64,000 bases of DNA from Octopus sinensis (Eukaryota). Under the pieces are notes generated by a model. The model was not told where the DNA came from. It worked only from the letters and a program-made list of their open reading frames with translations, and did not search any database. A program made the translations under genes and the position numbers. The stretch lies in contig NC_042997.1 of assembly GCF_006345805.1 (NCBI RefSeq), positions 203,174,001 through 203,238,000 on the forward strand, written 5' to 3'. Positions 63,681 to 64,000 of this stretch are shown in pieces. Within the stretch, counting starts at the first letter, position 1, and the number at the start of each line of letters is the position of its first letter.

Positions 63681-64000
63681 TGAACTTCAGTGCAACCTAA
63701 GTAAAAGATAATGTTATGGAGATGTGCCCCAAATTGTAAGTTTCTCATTTCTGCTTCAGTTGTATTGCCAGTATCATTTCCTAATGCTGTTCATGGCTCT
63801 AACCGTGAAATACAGGTTAAGAGTTCACCAACTTCTTGAACATGGCCAAGTCCTTCATGTTCAGTCTTAGAAAAATGCTGGAGATTTCTGGTGGGTGCTG
63901 TATCATCTGTGGCCATGAAAAAGAAACATTCTCAACAGTCAGATATCGTCAGAGCAACTGAGCTCATTAAGCAAATTAGCAACAACCATGGAAAGTTGAA

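Noticed and set aside
43180-64000. First coding exon of alpha-catulin (IKTRSxEQTLxPLVxQ-like)
   Set aside because: Not found by eye. The only ATG..CAG|GT candidate (about 50537-50569, minus) is phase 1, has a weak donor and shows no similarity. The exon probably lies beyond the window.

Overview
AT-rich, microsatellite- and SINE-dense animal genomic DNA. The SINE, RTE and TTAA-MITE families look like those of octopus; this species call is from recall, not a search. The window lies inside one large minus-strand gene, an alpha-catulin (CTNNAL1-like, vinculin/alpha-catenin family). Only two coding exons are visible: 43179-42990 (190 nt) and 4559-4384 (176 nt). They splice in frame across a 38.4-kb phase-1 intron; the first and later exons were not found in the window. 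The introns hold two young, near-identical, inverted 1.4-kb CR1-type LINE fragments with open RT frames that bracket the 190-nt exon, a full-length decayed Chapaev3-type DNA transposon (CAC..GTG, TAA TSD), three mariner relics, RTE relics, two piggyBac-type MITE families and many tRNA-derived SINEs. The most notable unexplained structures are: (i) a minimal type I hammerhead ribozyme (24757-24801) between 77-bp inverted arms inside the Chapaev3 5' region; (ii) a 103-bp near-perfect fold-back insertion with a 14-bp TSD (57955-58258); (iii) two recursive-splice-like AG|GTAAG sites on the gene's sense strand; (iv) several small intronic hairpins. All alignments and counts were done by eye. SINE and relic boundaries are approximate. 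Most ORFs in the supplied track are spurious.
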